Source: Gammaproteobacteria bacterium (GTDB taxonomy: Bacteria; Pseudomonadota; Gammaproteobacteria; Eutrophobiales; Eutrophobiaceae). Taken from it: DNA of 64,000 nt. A model generated the notes under the pieces. It had not been told where the DNA came from, did no database searches, and saw nothing but the letters and a program-made list of their open reading frames with translations. Of this stretch, positions 40,752 through 49,832 are shown one piece after another (within the stretch, counting starts at the first letter, position 1; each line of letters starts with the position of its first letter). Position numbers and translations under genes: made by a program. Location of the stretch: contig CBDEUK010000001.1 in assembly GCA_965243205.1 (NCBI GenBank), positions 1-64,000 of the forward strand, in the 5' to 3' direction.

Positions 40752-41413
40752 TTAATCTGTGGGTTCACCACCAAACATCACATGCTCAATTTCAGAAAGC
40801 AATACCAACGACAAGTCTAAACGCCACCCTTTTGCCTCGATAACAGGAATATACACATTAAAATCTAAGCCAGTGACACCAGATAGATTGTTGCGCACTT
40901 GTCGCCAAAATTGACAAAATAAATCCCATACTGGTTTTTCCCATTTTAACTCAGGCGGCAGATCCTCCGGTTCTGGTTCCCAGCCTAAATCAAGAATATC
41001 TCTTAAGGCTTTGTCTCCGCCCCTGCGGTACCATCCTGCAAGGGCGGCGAGCCTTCCTTTGCTTGCGCTTCCTCTTTAACTACATGCATTTGCAAGGCTT
41101 TAACTTTGCCCATGATAAAATCTCGCGCTTTACCGACTTTCATTAATCGCGCGATGTTTACATCATTACATTCAGCAGGCTGCTCACGCTCATCAACAAC
41201 GCCTGTCCATTGTTTAATGCAATGCAAACCGACTAGCTCTGCATATTTATCTTGATCAACTTTTATATCAACAATGCGATCGTTTTTAACTTCCCGTTCG
41301 GTAGATTGTTCTCTAAACAAAGAATCCATGTCTTCTAAAAGAGGCTTCAATGTAAAAACGATGTCAGCCTCTTCCCATTTGGTCTTGACAGTAAAATCGC
41401 CAATCCGGAGCAT
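40752..41413 (-). CDS. Tail assembly chaperone, -1 frameshifted form (gpGT-like)
   Basis: -1 frame is open from ~41075 to TAA at 40752 and encodes WDLF..QVR..GVTGLDF; not in the ORF track. Confidence 0.7.
41003..41413 (-). CDS. Tail assembly chaperone (gpG-like)
   Basis: IKQWTGVVDE; lies between tail tube and tape measure. Confidence 0.75.
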   Translation of the reverse strand: MLRIGDFTVKTKWEEADIVFTLKPLLEDMDSLFREQSTEREVKNDRIVDIKVDQDKYAELVGLHCIKQWTGVVDEREQPAECNDVNIARLMKVGKARDFIMGKVKALQMHVVKEEAQAKEGSPPLQDGTAGAETKP

Positions 41414-41631
41414 TAAACGCTCACCTTTTCAAAGCCGTACGCATCTTCAAGCGCTTTAATAAGCTTCGGATCGGACGTAGAGACAATTCCATTTTGAATA
41501 ACAACATCATGCTCACCTACTTTCATTTTGCATTGCTCATAAGCAGAGGATTTAAAGGTGACTTCCTTGTCTTTAACGGCTTCCTTATCTTTAGTACCCA
41601 CGGCCCCTGCAGTCGTGTTTTCTTTTGACAT
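41413..41631 (-). CDS. Phage hypothetical protein
   Basis: GAGG RBS, TAATG coupling. Confidence 0.6.
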   Translation of the reverse strand: MSKENTTAGAVGTKDKEAVKDKEVTFKSSAYEQCKMKVGEHDVVIQNGIVSTSDPKLIKALEDAYGFEKVSV

Positions 41632-41739
41632 AAGCTTTACCTCTTTTTAAAAGTGTTTTCTTTACTTAAACAATATTTTAAAAACAAAACATTATTAAGA
41701 AATTGTTTTATATAAAAATATTTCTTGATTCAGTTTTGA

Positions 41740-42696
41740 TTAATAACTCGGAATTGAGTTAACCAACTCAATCGTTGGCGGGTTTGCATTAGAGTGCGCG
41801 CGCCAGTTAGTATCAATATGTAAACCTTTAGATGATTGAATTTCGTGTGGCATCTCTTCGAATTCAACGGCTGGTAAAATTAATTTCAAACTAGCATCGC
41901 CAGCTGCATTTTTACTTTCTAAGGTAAGTGGCAATGAAGTATGGTTCTTACCATAATCACGAATAGCTTCAGCAGTGTCTAAAATAAATCTTGCACTCCC
42001 ACTAATGGCAGGCTGGCCAACTAATACACGGCCATAGCCCTCTAATCCATCAGCTAACGTTTGACCTTCAAGATCGTTCGTTATTTCTACGCTTGCCTCA
42101 ACAACATCCCCCAATGTGCTAGCGCCTACCACATCATAAACATTACCTTGTCGGCCTTGCGCACGGTTCTTTGCGTAAACCGTTGGCGCAGCATCCCATG
42201 GCGTGGTTGGAGCAGGTTCAACTTCTTCGGCTCCGATCAATTCAAGACTCATGTTTTGTTCAGCCTCGATCACATTCCAACTTAATTTGCTTACCATCAT
42301 GCCTAGCCAGCGCTCGTAATCTGCTGGAGCGCCTAAATAACCTAACTCCATTAAAGCCGAAGGACGATCATTTAAATCGCATGTAAAAACATGAGTGTAC
42401 GGACCAGCGCCAGTAGTTGATGGAGCTCCCCATAACAAAGTTAACCATTGTCCAATTTCGTTTAAACATAAAATAGAACTTAAGCCACCTGTGACCATGG
42501 CATCGGCTGTATCGGTTTTTTCCTCCATAGGAGTAGCCTTTACAGTCGGATCTTGAACTCGAACCGGATTACGACCTATTTTTAAGCCTGGATTAAACTT
42601 CATAGAAAAAGCAGCGGCAGCACCTGGCGCAGTTCGATAAGTGCTTTCGCGTTGTAAAAGTAATTGCGTATTACGACCGTGTCTAACTTCTGCCAT
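41740..42696 (-). CDS. Major tail tube protein
   Basis: ESTYRT..P, GPYTHVF, ITNDLE; size and position. Confidence 0.8.
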   Translation of the reverse strand: MAEVRHGRNTQLLLQRESTYRTAPGAAAAFSMKFNPGLKIGRNPVRVQDPTVKATPMEEKTDTADAMVTGGLSSILCLNEIGQWLTLLWGAPSTTGAGPYTHVFTCDLNDRPSALMELGYLGAPADYERWLGMMVSKLSWNVIEAEQNMSLELIGAEEVEPAPTTPWDAAPTVYAKNRAQGRQGNVYDVVGASTLGDVVEASVEITNDLEGQTLADGLEGYGRVLVGQPAISGSARFILDTAEAIRDYGKNHTSLPLTLESKNAAGDASLKLILPAVEFEEMPHEIQSSKGLHIDTNWRAHSNANPPTIELVNSIPSY

Positions 42697-42708
42697 TGTA
42701 TTTCTCCA

Positions 42709-43125
42709 CTAATCTAATTCTTTCCACGTTAAACTGAATGCAACAAAACCATAAGGCGCTTCTAACTGCGCAGATTGCACATAGCTATTAAAATCAAAAC
42801 ATCTTGATGTACCGGTTGCTTGGTCCAGGATGTCTACCAAGTCATTGACTGCTTGCAGCTCTCTATTTTCTATCTCGATACCTTCCGAACCTTCAGGCAA
42901 AAGAAACATAAAAATGACATGAGCGCCAAGCTCTCCAGACATCTCCCGTAAAGTAATAGGTGAATTAAAACTGCTGCCACCATTCGCCATAACAATCCAA
43001 TAACCTTTAACTAAATCTTCATTACTAATGTTATGACGTTCTTTAAAGCTTCTTTTTACGACTTCATTCGGCTTAGCGTTTTGAATATCAACCGATAACG
43101 CATCTAAGACTTGAGAAAAATTCAT
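42709..43125 (-). CDS. Putative tail terminator
   Basis: Position before tail tube; 138 aa. Confidence 0.55.
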   Translation of the reverse strand: MNFSQVLDALSVDIQNAKPNEVVKRSFKERHNISNEDLVKGYWIVMANGGSSFNSPITLREMSGELGAHVIFMFLLPEGSEGIEIENRELQAVNDLVDILDQATGTSRCFDFNSYVQSAQLEAPYGFVAFSLTWKELD

Positions 43126-43622
43126 GCAAACACCTCTTTAAGCCCTTCATTGACACCTTGATCAAGTAAAGCAGTAATTCGATCGCTTTTACTTTCTAAT
43201 GCAGGTAACACAAAAGGTTTGGCTTTAATTCCTTCTTCATAAATAGCGCGCTGAATTAAAAATGCTAAACTATCCAAACTCACACCTTCACGCGGTTGAA
43301 TACGTTTTACTTTTATCCAGTCCTTCAATGTTCTAATGCTTGGCGCACCACCAGGTTTTGTACCTTCTTCAACAAAAATTGCATGGCGTGCTCCCACGGT
43401 AACTTCAACTTCTGGCTTCAATAAAGTGCCGGTCTCTTTAACTTGGCCAGAGCTTATTAATTGTGAATAAGCAACGCTTTTATTCTTTCGAAGATGACGC
43501 TGCATCTCCCGCCACAGTTCATGGCCAGCACGCATCATTTTTGAAACGATCTTACGATTCATTACGCGAGGCGATTTACTAAAAGCATCTAGAACTTCTT
43601 TGGCGTCGAACTTAACACTCAT
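43122..43622 (-). CDS. HK97 gp10-like tail completion protein
   Basis: HAIFVEEGT..GIKAKPFVLPALE. Confidence 0.75.
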   Translation of the reverse strand: MSVKFDAKEVLDAFSKSPRVMNRKIVSKMMRAGHELWREMQRHLRKNKSVAYSQLISSGQVKETGTLLKPEVEVTVGARHAIFVEEGTKPGGAPSIRTLKDWIKVKRIQPREGVSLDSLAFLIQRAIYEEGIKAKPFVLPALESKSDRITALLDQGVNEGLKEVFA

Positions 43623-44248
43623 GCTGTCTGCCTATAAAATTCGTTCATTAAATCTTTATACAACGCGTTCGGAGTCGAATTGCGCGGTGTACCAGAAATG
43701 CCATCTCGGATACTGACTGGTTTATGGCTATTACGCATAGCAACCGTTTTCATTACTTCTGCTTGGCATCGCAATAAAAACAACCCTTTGTCTTCTGCTC
43801 TTATAGTGGTGTTATTGGCAGTATCCGATAACACATGAAGTTTGGAGCACATAAAAGTAAAATCCGTGCCACAACAATTAATTAAATGCGCATCCGGCGT
43901 AGGCGTTAATAATAAAATTATTTGGTTATTGGTAGGATCGTGTAACTCTTTAACTTCAGGGATAATCTTTGGATAGTTCTGCTCCCAAGGCTTACGAGTA
44001 CTGATTTCATTCATACCGTAAACGACATGAATCATATGCATAAACGATTGCGGAGCAATATAGTCTGCCTTGCCAGCCTCGATGGTTACGGAATCCTGTA
44101 CCCTATAAAGACGATAACGACTAAAATCAGGAAGCGCGCCCGCAATAACTGAATCATAGTCGTCGCTATTATCTTTGACGAAAACACTAGCAACATCCTT
44201 GAGAGAATCTTTTAGTTCCGTTATGAAAGCATTCTTAGTAAAACTCAT
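43619..44248 (-). CDS. Putative head-tail connector
   Basis: Position; LLTPTPD motif. Confidence 0.5.
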   Translation of the reverse strand: MSFTKNAFITELKDSLKDVASVFVKDNSDDYDSVIAGALPDFSRYRLYRVQDSVTIEAGKADYIAPQSFMHMIHVVYGMNEISTRKPWEQNYPKIIPEVKELHDPTNNQIILLLTPTPDAHLINCCGTDFTFMCSKLHVLSDTANNTTIRAEDKGLFLLRCQAEVMKTVAMRNSHKPVSIRDGISGTPRNSTPNALYKDLMNEFYRQTA

Positions 44249-44254
44249 TACAAT

Positions 44255-44791
44255 TTACTTAAAATGAGTTGCTGGATGAGGCATTGGTTTAGACGCTACA
44301 GGCTCAGGGATACCCATAGCTTCTTTCAGACCGGTTAAACAATTTTGAGCGTAAGCCAATAACTGTTCATTTGTGACCAAGTTATGTTTAGCCAAACCAG
44401 ACACATACGATAAGTTAGCTCTACATGTACACTGTTTATCTTCTTTAGTAGTTAGCAAACCAAGTGACACGGCACCACCTGCAGCAGCACTGCCACCAAC
44501 ATTGGCAAAGCATGTTAAGTTTGATACGCCACCAAATATAGAAGGCGCTATTGCTGGCTCAGCCTCAATTTTATCACTACCGTTACCTGGTGCGACAGGA
44601 TGTTGAATGCTAATAGAATTGTCTAGGTTATTTGTATTATCTGAGCTTGCTACAGTGCTAACATCAATCGGCGCATTTACTTTTGCTTTGACAGTATCAC
44701 TACGATGAGAACTATCAGCATTAGCAGCTAACGAGTAAACAAAAAACATTCCGACAACACAAAGTAAAGTAATAAATTTTGAAATATTCAT
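44255..44791 (-). CDS. Exported Cys-containing phage protein
   Basis: GAGGA RBS, signal peptide MNISK..AANA, APSI..C..G..D..C.C. Confidence 0.6.
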   Translation of the reverse strand: MNISKFITLLCVVGMFFVYSLAANADSSHRSDTVKAKVNAPIDVSTVASSDNTNNLDNSISIQHPVAPGNGSDKIEAEPAIAPSIFGGVSNLTCFANVGGSAAAGGAVSLGLLTTKEDKQCTCRANLSYVSGLAKHNLVTNEQLLAYAQNCLTGLKEAMGIPEPVASKPMPHPATHFK

Positions 44792-44795
44792 GATA

Positions 44796-45050
44796 TTAAT
44801 CCTCTTTAAATTTTGATGCTTTATGCATTTCTTTAGCCTCATAACAATCATTTGCGCCATGCTCATTCATGTAATATTCGCAATTATTTTCGGCTATCTG
44901 TTGCTTCCCTTCGTCACTCAAAACCTTTTTATCCTGTTCCGATAAATAAACAGGATCGAACCACAAAGATTCCTCCGAAATAGTCTTATAACAACAGCCG
45001 TTAAATAAGATCGTCAATGTCAGGGTCAGACATATTTTCAATATCGACAT
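44796..45050 (-). CDS. Putative outer-membrane spanin (Rz1-like lipoprotein)
   Basis: Lipobox-like LFNGC; overlaps the 3' end of the i-spanin gene in another frame. Confidence 0.65.
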   Translation of the reverse strand: MSILKICLTLTLTILFNGCCYKTISEESLWFDPVYLSEQDKKVLSDEGKQQIAENNCEYYMNEHGANDCYEAKEMHKASKFKED

Positions 45051-45195
45051 TAGCCTTTCTCTTATTGTCTATAGCTTGGGTCTGTTTTTTATTTTGAGAT
45101 TTAATCGTATTTACTTGTTTGGACTTCTTGCCGTAAGAATAAGCAAGGCCTATTAACACAACAAGAAGCCCAAAGATGACAGCAAGTGCAGTCAT
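45001..45195 (-). CDS. Putative inner-membrane spanin (Rz-like)
   Basis: N-terminal TM then helical periplasmic tail; follows the endolysin. Confidence 0.6.
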   Translation of the reverse strand: MTALAVIFGLLVVLIGLAYSYGKKSKQVNTIKSQNKKQTQAIDNKRKANVDIENMSDPDIDDLI

Positions 45196-45530
45196 TACTT
45201 CTTAACCGAATACCATCCCATCATTCGAATGATCTTAATAAACCAGTTAACGGCTTCATCGTCCCAAGTGTTTTTTGTCCATCGAGCAATTGACTGAAAT
45301 ATCAAAACGAGAGTAGGTAGCAACACCACTACATAAGCAACCCACTGAGGAATAAAGCTTGGGAGAACTACTGTATTTGGATCGGCAATCTCTTGAGCAG
45401 AAGCTAAACCAGGAATCAATACAAAAACCAACGTAAGCAATATAGAAAAGACAAGAAAAAATACAATATTTGATAACTGACTCAAAAAATTATCATACTT
45501 ACTAAAATCAATATTAAACATAATGATCAC
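45195..45530 (-). CDS. Holin-like membrane protein
   Basis: Hydrophobic helices, TKNTWDD motif, adjacent to the endolysin. Confidence 0.55.
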   Translation of the reverse strand: MIIMFNIDFSKYDNFLSQLSNIVFFLVFSILLTLVFVLIPGLASAQEIADPNTVVLPSFIPQWVAYVVVLLPTLVLIFQSIARWTKNTWDDEAVNWFIKIIRMMGWYSVKK

Positions 45531-45547
45531 CTTTATAAGTTAAAAAA

Positions 45548-46117
45548 TTAAGCTGCCTGCAAATCAGGCGCATACCTCTTTAAAAACGCATTAATATCAA
45601 AGCTAGGGCAGTCCTTTAACCATTCGTGTTTTTTTATTACACCATCACCATCTTTGTCTGGTGATAATTCTCTATGGCTAGTAATTACCGCATCAGGCCA
45701 TCGCAGTTTGCTCATTCGAATGCAAGTAATTAAAGCCCACTTCTGTTTAGTAGTAACTATCGCGCTTGGTTTATTATTCATATCCAAGCCACCTATATAA
45801 ACTATTCCAATAGAGTCCGTGTTATGCCCGTAAGTGTGTGCGCCAGGTATTGAAACCGGTCGCCCTGCCTGCACTAATCCATTTCGCGGAACTACATAGT
45901 GGTAAGCAATGTCATCCCAACCATTGCCGCGTAAGTTTTGCCATTCTGTTGGCAAATCCTCGATCGAAAGATATACTTTTCCTTGAAAATAAAAGGTGCC
46001 GTCCGGCTTTTCTTTTGGTGCAATATGAAACTGTCTAATCTCTTCTACACCATAGCCACTTGATACGTTTGGTCTATTAGCAGAACAATGAACAATTATT
46101 TTTTTTATAGACCTCAC
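45548..46117 (-). CDS. Endolysin, N-acetylmuramoyl-L-alanine amidase (T7 lysozyme-like)
   Basis: IIVHCSA, GWDDIAYHYVV, GAHTYGHN..SIGI, SHR..KDCPSFD. Confidence 0.93.
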   Translation of the reverse strand: MRSIKKIIVHCSANRPNVSSGYGVEEIRQFHIAPKEKPDGTFYFQGKVYLSIEDLPTEWQNLRGNGWDDIAYHYVVPRNGLVQAGRPVSIPGAHTYGHNTDSIGIVYIGGLDMNNKPSAIVTTKQKWALITCIRMSKLRWPDAVITSHRELSPDKDGDGVIKKHEWLKDCPSFDINAFLKRYAPDLQAA

Positions 46118-46341
46118 TTTAAAACCTTCTTAACTTTATCCAGTAACTGATTCGTTTTATTTATATGCTCTTTATTATCAGATACTCTTTTTGATATTAA
46201 CTTTTGAGCTGCTTCGGAGCTATCGGCCACGCGCTTAGCTAACACTTTAAAGTCTTTGCATTGTTTGTTAATGGTTTCAAGACTATTATCAAGCTCAGTC
46301 TGATCATCTTTGGGTAAAAAAGGAACAACTATAGCGTTCAC
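46114..46341 (-). CDS. Phage hypothetical coiled-coil protein
   Basis: Coupled ORF in the lysis cassette. Confidence 0.5.
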   Translation of the reverse strand: MNAIVVPFLPKDDQTELDNSLETINKQCKDFKVLAKRVADSSEAAQKLISKRVSDNKEHINKTNQLLDKVKKVLK

Positions 46342-46559
46342 TATTTCCCACCATTTTTTTCAATTTTCAAAACTGTCAAAATCAAAGCCATGTCTTTCGT
46401 TAACTCAGATATATTACTTATAATGAATTTAACCAGCTCTCGATTAGCTTTAAACTGCAAAATGTTTGCGACTATTGAAGAAAACAAACATAAAGCTAAA
46501 ACAGCGATAGCGACGTTGTCGTATGTAAACAACCAATCAAAATATTTAGTTTCTGGCAT
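46341..46559 (-). CDS. Small single-TM protein (holin/antiholin candidate)
   Basis: One TM segment; upstream of the endolysin. Confidence 0.5.
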   Translation of the reverse strand: MPETKYFDWLFTYDNVAIAVLALCLFSSIVANILQFKANRELVKFIISNISELTKDMALILTVLKIEKNGGK

Positions 46560-46595
46560 TGCATTTGTCTTTATAAGTAATCTGTCATTTAAAAA

Positions 46596-47498
46596 TTAAT
46601 ATAAGGATTGCAAATAGATAATTACTTTTCTCAAGAAATTTCTTTGTGTTTCATCTTCATACTCTTGTTTAGATTTTTCTATCTTTGCCAAATATTTATC
46701 AACCCATTCTTTATTAGACCAATCATAGTTTGGCCCACTCCAAATAATGACTTTGTTAGTCATTGATAAAACAAAATCAATTTGCATCGAAAAAAAATCG
46801 TGTTCTATGGGCGTATTCCGTAAAGCTTTGTCTCCTTTGTCATGATAAGTCGGCATAAGAATAGGAATAACTTCTTTACCGCCTAAGAATTGGCGCGACT
46901 GATAAATATTTTCAAAGGCATAACGCTGCCATTGTTCGCGTAAACCATAGAAGGTATAAAGAGAGGGAAATATTGCATCAACCTCATCTACAAGGCGTTG
47001 CATTGACTTGTTTCTATCGTACCAATCGAAATAATCTTGTCGTCTACCTAGATCTTTAGGATGCGCAATACCAGTCGCAGGCCAGAAAGCGCGCTCTGGT
47101 ACCATTGAATAGATGCCGACCTTAAAACGTTCTCCATAAACTTCTTTAAATTGTTTTACAATAGGGATTAATGCGTCAGCTAACTCTTTTCCGCCTTTTA
47201 ATATTTTACCTTTATCATCCTTATAGTGTTCGATGTTTATGCAAACATAATTAACATCTTCACTACTAATATTTCCGCCTTCAAAATCAAATATAGAGCC
47301 GAATTTGTTTGATAGAACACCAGGCGCAGGCCATTCGCCATTTATTTTTTGTTTCCATATATCCCAAACACCAACAACAACAATCTTTTCAAAGTTAACA
47401 TCAGGTTTATTAGGATGATTATTTGTTGCGTCGAATATTTCAGCCGAAGCAAAGAACGTAAAGCTTAGAAAGAAAAATAAAATGATTTTCTTAAACAT
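46596..47498 (-). CDS. Secreted glycoside-hydrolase-like protein
   Basis: Signal peptide MFKK..FASA; CINIEH and VDAIFPSLY resemble GH56/TIM-barrel hydrolase motifs. Confidence 0.5.
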   Translation of the reverse strand: MFKKIILFFFLSFTFFASAEIFDATNNHPNKPDVNFEKIVVVGVWDIWKQKINGEWPAPGVLSNKFGSIFDFEGGNISSEDVNYVCINIEHYKDDKGKILKGGKELADALIPIVKQFKEVYGERFKVGIYSMVPERAFWPATGIAHPKDLGRRQDYFDWYDRNKSMQRLVDEVDAIFPSLYTFYGLREQWQRYAFENIYQSRQFLGGKEVIPILMPTYHDKGDKALRNTPIEHDFFSMQIDFVLSMTNKVIIWSGPNYDWSNKEWVDKYLAKIEKSKQEYEDETQRNFLRKVIIYLQSLY

Positions 47499-47506
47499 AA
47501 GGGATC

Positions 47507-49222
47507 TTAATTGTTCGAGAAGCATCGCTGAATCACGTCATCCGCAACAGCAAGATGACCAATGTTTGTTAAATGAGAAGCGTCTGCGTAATAAGAAGGA
47601 TCTGTAATATTTCCTCCAGCAGGATCCATTATCCATCCCAAATCAATCATTGCGGTATTGTCACGCTCTAAGGCTATCTCTCGATCGGCTTCTCGATACT
47701 GTTGCAATAGTGAGTTGTCAGATGTATGCGATTCGCGATGAGATGGCATTAAAACAAAGCTAACGTTTTGAGAAGCAATGCCCTTTGCTGCGCAAGCTGC
47801 TAATAGCTTATCCATAATGGCTTGCGAATTATTTTTATAAGTTTCCTTGGTTTGCGAGCCGCTTCGTTCGTTCATTCCAGAGTTAATCCAAAAGTTAACT
47901 TTTGGTTCAACAGCAGGTGCCAAATCAAGCTGACGCCTAACACCTTGATCGGCAAAGAAACCGATTTTTTCATTAGTTGAAGCATTAAAATAAGCTAAAG
48001 TATTATCCAGCGAATGACCGCCAAACGAATAATGCCCTTGCACAGATGAGCCGTAGCTAAGATCGGTCCTCATAATCTCAGCCCCAATAAGACATGCCAA
48101 GCCAGCATGGTTTCTAACTTCGAATAGAGTTTGGTCTTGAGGGTGACGAACACCACCCGCGCCAAACGTGTCAGGAATAACAAGCCTATCTATAAAATAT
48201 TCATTCACGTTATGAACATTTCGGGTTTCATTTACGATTGTATATGGAGCTTTTTGTACTCTTGCCCATAAATCATAAGTACCACCGCCTGCGTCAAAAC
48301 CGATTTGATGAATTCTTAGCTCTGATGACCCTTGACCAGGCATCCAATTACATTTGGTTACACGAATCGCATCGCCAAAGCTTATAGTATTGTTCGTGCC
48401 GCCTTGTAAACTTGCAACTGTGTAAGTGTTGGCGCCGTTGGCTGTAATAAAACCAAATGAACCATCTGTTTCATTCGTTAAGATACCACCTACGAAACTA
48501 TCAGGCGTTGAGCTCAAGCCTGTTTCTGTAGCAGTCAGCACACCGTTAGCACCATCATGAACGACTCGCTGATAGTCTCCAGAAGTTAATCGCCATACAT
48601 TACCGCCTAAAGCAAAAGCTGTATCGTGCGCGTAATCTTCCTCCCAGTTGGCATTGTTTAAATCAGGAAAAAGGGCCGTAATTAAGGATGGAGGGTTGGT
48701 ATGTTCTCCAATATTAACCCCATCCCCTATTCGATTACCTGAAAGATTTGGCTCAACAAAATATCCGCGTTGGTTATTTAGAAATGTTTCAGGATTAATT
48801 CCAATATAACCCTCGCCAGTAAAAGCGCCATTGTTATTATTGAAAGTATGTAAAGGGCTTGAGTAAATGTTGCCGTTGTTTTGTTGGAAAGCCGAGATTA
48901 AAGCGTCCAGCCAACCTACACCTCCTATTTTGCCATTTGAGTCAGCAACAAGATGATTGTCAACAAAGCCATTACCAGAAAATGCGCGCTGGATTGCTGC
49001 GGTAACATTAGAATCCATAACACCATAAAGCTGATCGCTTTTGACGTTATTAGCAGTAATTCCTGTTAAATCCGCTGCCGTTAAATTTCTATAAACAGGG
49101 TTACCAGTAACTTGATCTACTCCGTCTTGAATTTTCATTACAGAGCTGCCGTCCCAAGGAACAAAATCACCCTGCCCCCCGTTAGCAGATTGATCGAAAA
49201 TATGAAGTCTAACCTTACTCAT
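47507..49222 (-). CDS. Protein with SGNH/GDSL esterase domain, possibly virion-associated
   Basis: VADSN, FGGHS, NSGMNE, DASHL match SGNH blocks I, II, III, V. Confidence 0.65.
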   Translation of the reverse strand: MSKVRLHIFDQSANGGQGDFVPWDGSSVMKIQDGVDQVTGNPVYRNLTAADLTGITANNVKSDQLYGVMDSNVTAAIQRAFSGNGFVDNHLVADSNGKIGGVGWLDALISAFQQNNGNIYSSPLHTFNNNNGAFTGEGYIGINPETFLNNQRGYFVEPNLSGNRIGDGVNIGEHTNPPSLITALFPDLNNANWEEDYAHDTAFALGGNVWRLTSGDYQRVVHDGANGVLTATETGLSSTPDSFVGGILTNETDGSFGFITANGANTYTVASLQGGTNNTISFGDAIRVTKCNWMPGQGSSELRIHQIGFDAGGGTYDLWARVQKAPYTIVNETRNVHNVNEYFIDRLVIPDTFGAGGVRHPQDQTLFEVRNHAGLACLIGAEIMRTDLSYGSSVQGHYSFGGHSLDNTLAYFNASTNEKIGFFADQGVRRQLDLAPAVEPKVNFWINSGMNERSGSQTKETYKNNSQAIMDKLLAACAAKGIASQNVSFVLMPSHRESHTSDNSLLQQYREADREIALERDNTAMIDLGWIMDPAGGNITDPSYYADASHLTNIGHLAVADDVIQRCFSNN

Positions 49223-49224
49223 AA

Positions 49225-49776
49225 TTATTCTTGATCGTCTTGTTCGTCTTCGGCAGCTAACTCGCTAAGACGTGCTTGAAGCAATTCAATGATATCTTCA
49301 CGTTGTTGAAACTCACGCTCATGTTCAAGCATTTCAGCAACGTCCCAACCATCAAGATCGGCAATATACTCTTTCATTTCATCAGCTTTCATGCCGAGTA
49401 CTTCTTGTATCTCTGCAGCACGTTTAATAATTGCTTCTTTCAATGGAGTAACAACACCAGTTCGATTCTTGTCGGACTCTTCTAATTCAAGAATTTCTTG
49501 AAGTGAAGTAACTGGTAATGGTGTTACAGATAATCGTTCAACTACTTTGCCAACCGCTTGATCAAGTAAAGTAACAAATTCGGGGTTCGGCTCAGTTGAA
49601 TCACTCGAAGTAGTTTCTTCTTTTGTTTCGCTCAACTCAGCTTCTTTAGCTTCGGCTTTTGCAATTGAATCAGCTGATTTAACGACATCACACCAGCGGC
49701 CCTCGCCAGGAGGAATCATCATTCCGCCAACAAACATATTGGATTTGCTGTCATTCTTTACAAATTCTTTACCCAT
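49225..49776 (-). CDS. Acidic phage protein after the capsid gene
   Basis: GGAG RBS; MFVGGMMIPPGE, E..KNR.GV pattern. Confidence 0.6.
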   Translation of the reverse strand: MGKEFVKNDSKSNMFVGGMMIPPGEGRWCDVVKSADSIAKAEAKEAELSETKEETTSSDSTEPNPEFVTLLDQAVGKVVERLSVTPLPVTSLQEILELEESDKNRTGVVTPLKEAIIKRAAEIQEVLGMKADEMKEYIADLDGWDVAEMLEHEREFQQREDIIELLQARLSELAAEDEQDDQE

Positions 49777-49788
49777 GTAATATCTCCA

Positions 49789-49812
49789 AAAAAGTTAGCC
49801 TTCCTTGGCTAA
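49789..49812 (-). terminator. Hairpin + T-run after the capsid gene, with AAGGAA loop
   Basis: mRNA TTAGCC-AAGGAA-GGCTAA then C and a T-run. Confidence 0.55.
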
Positions 49813-49832
49813 AGGTTTGCTGATGAAGCCGG

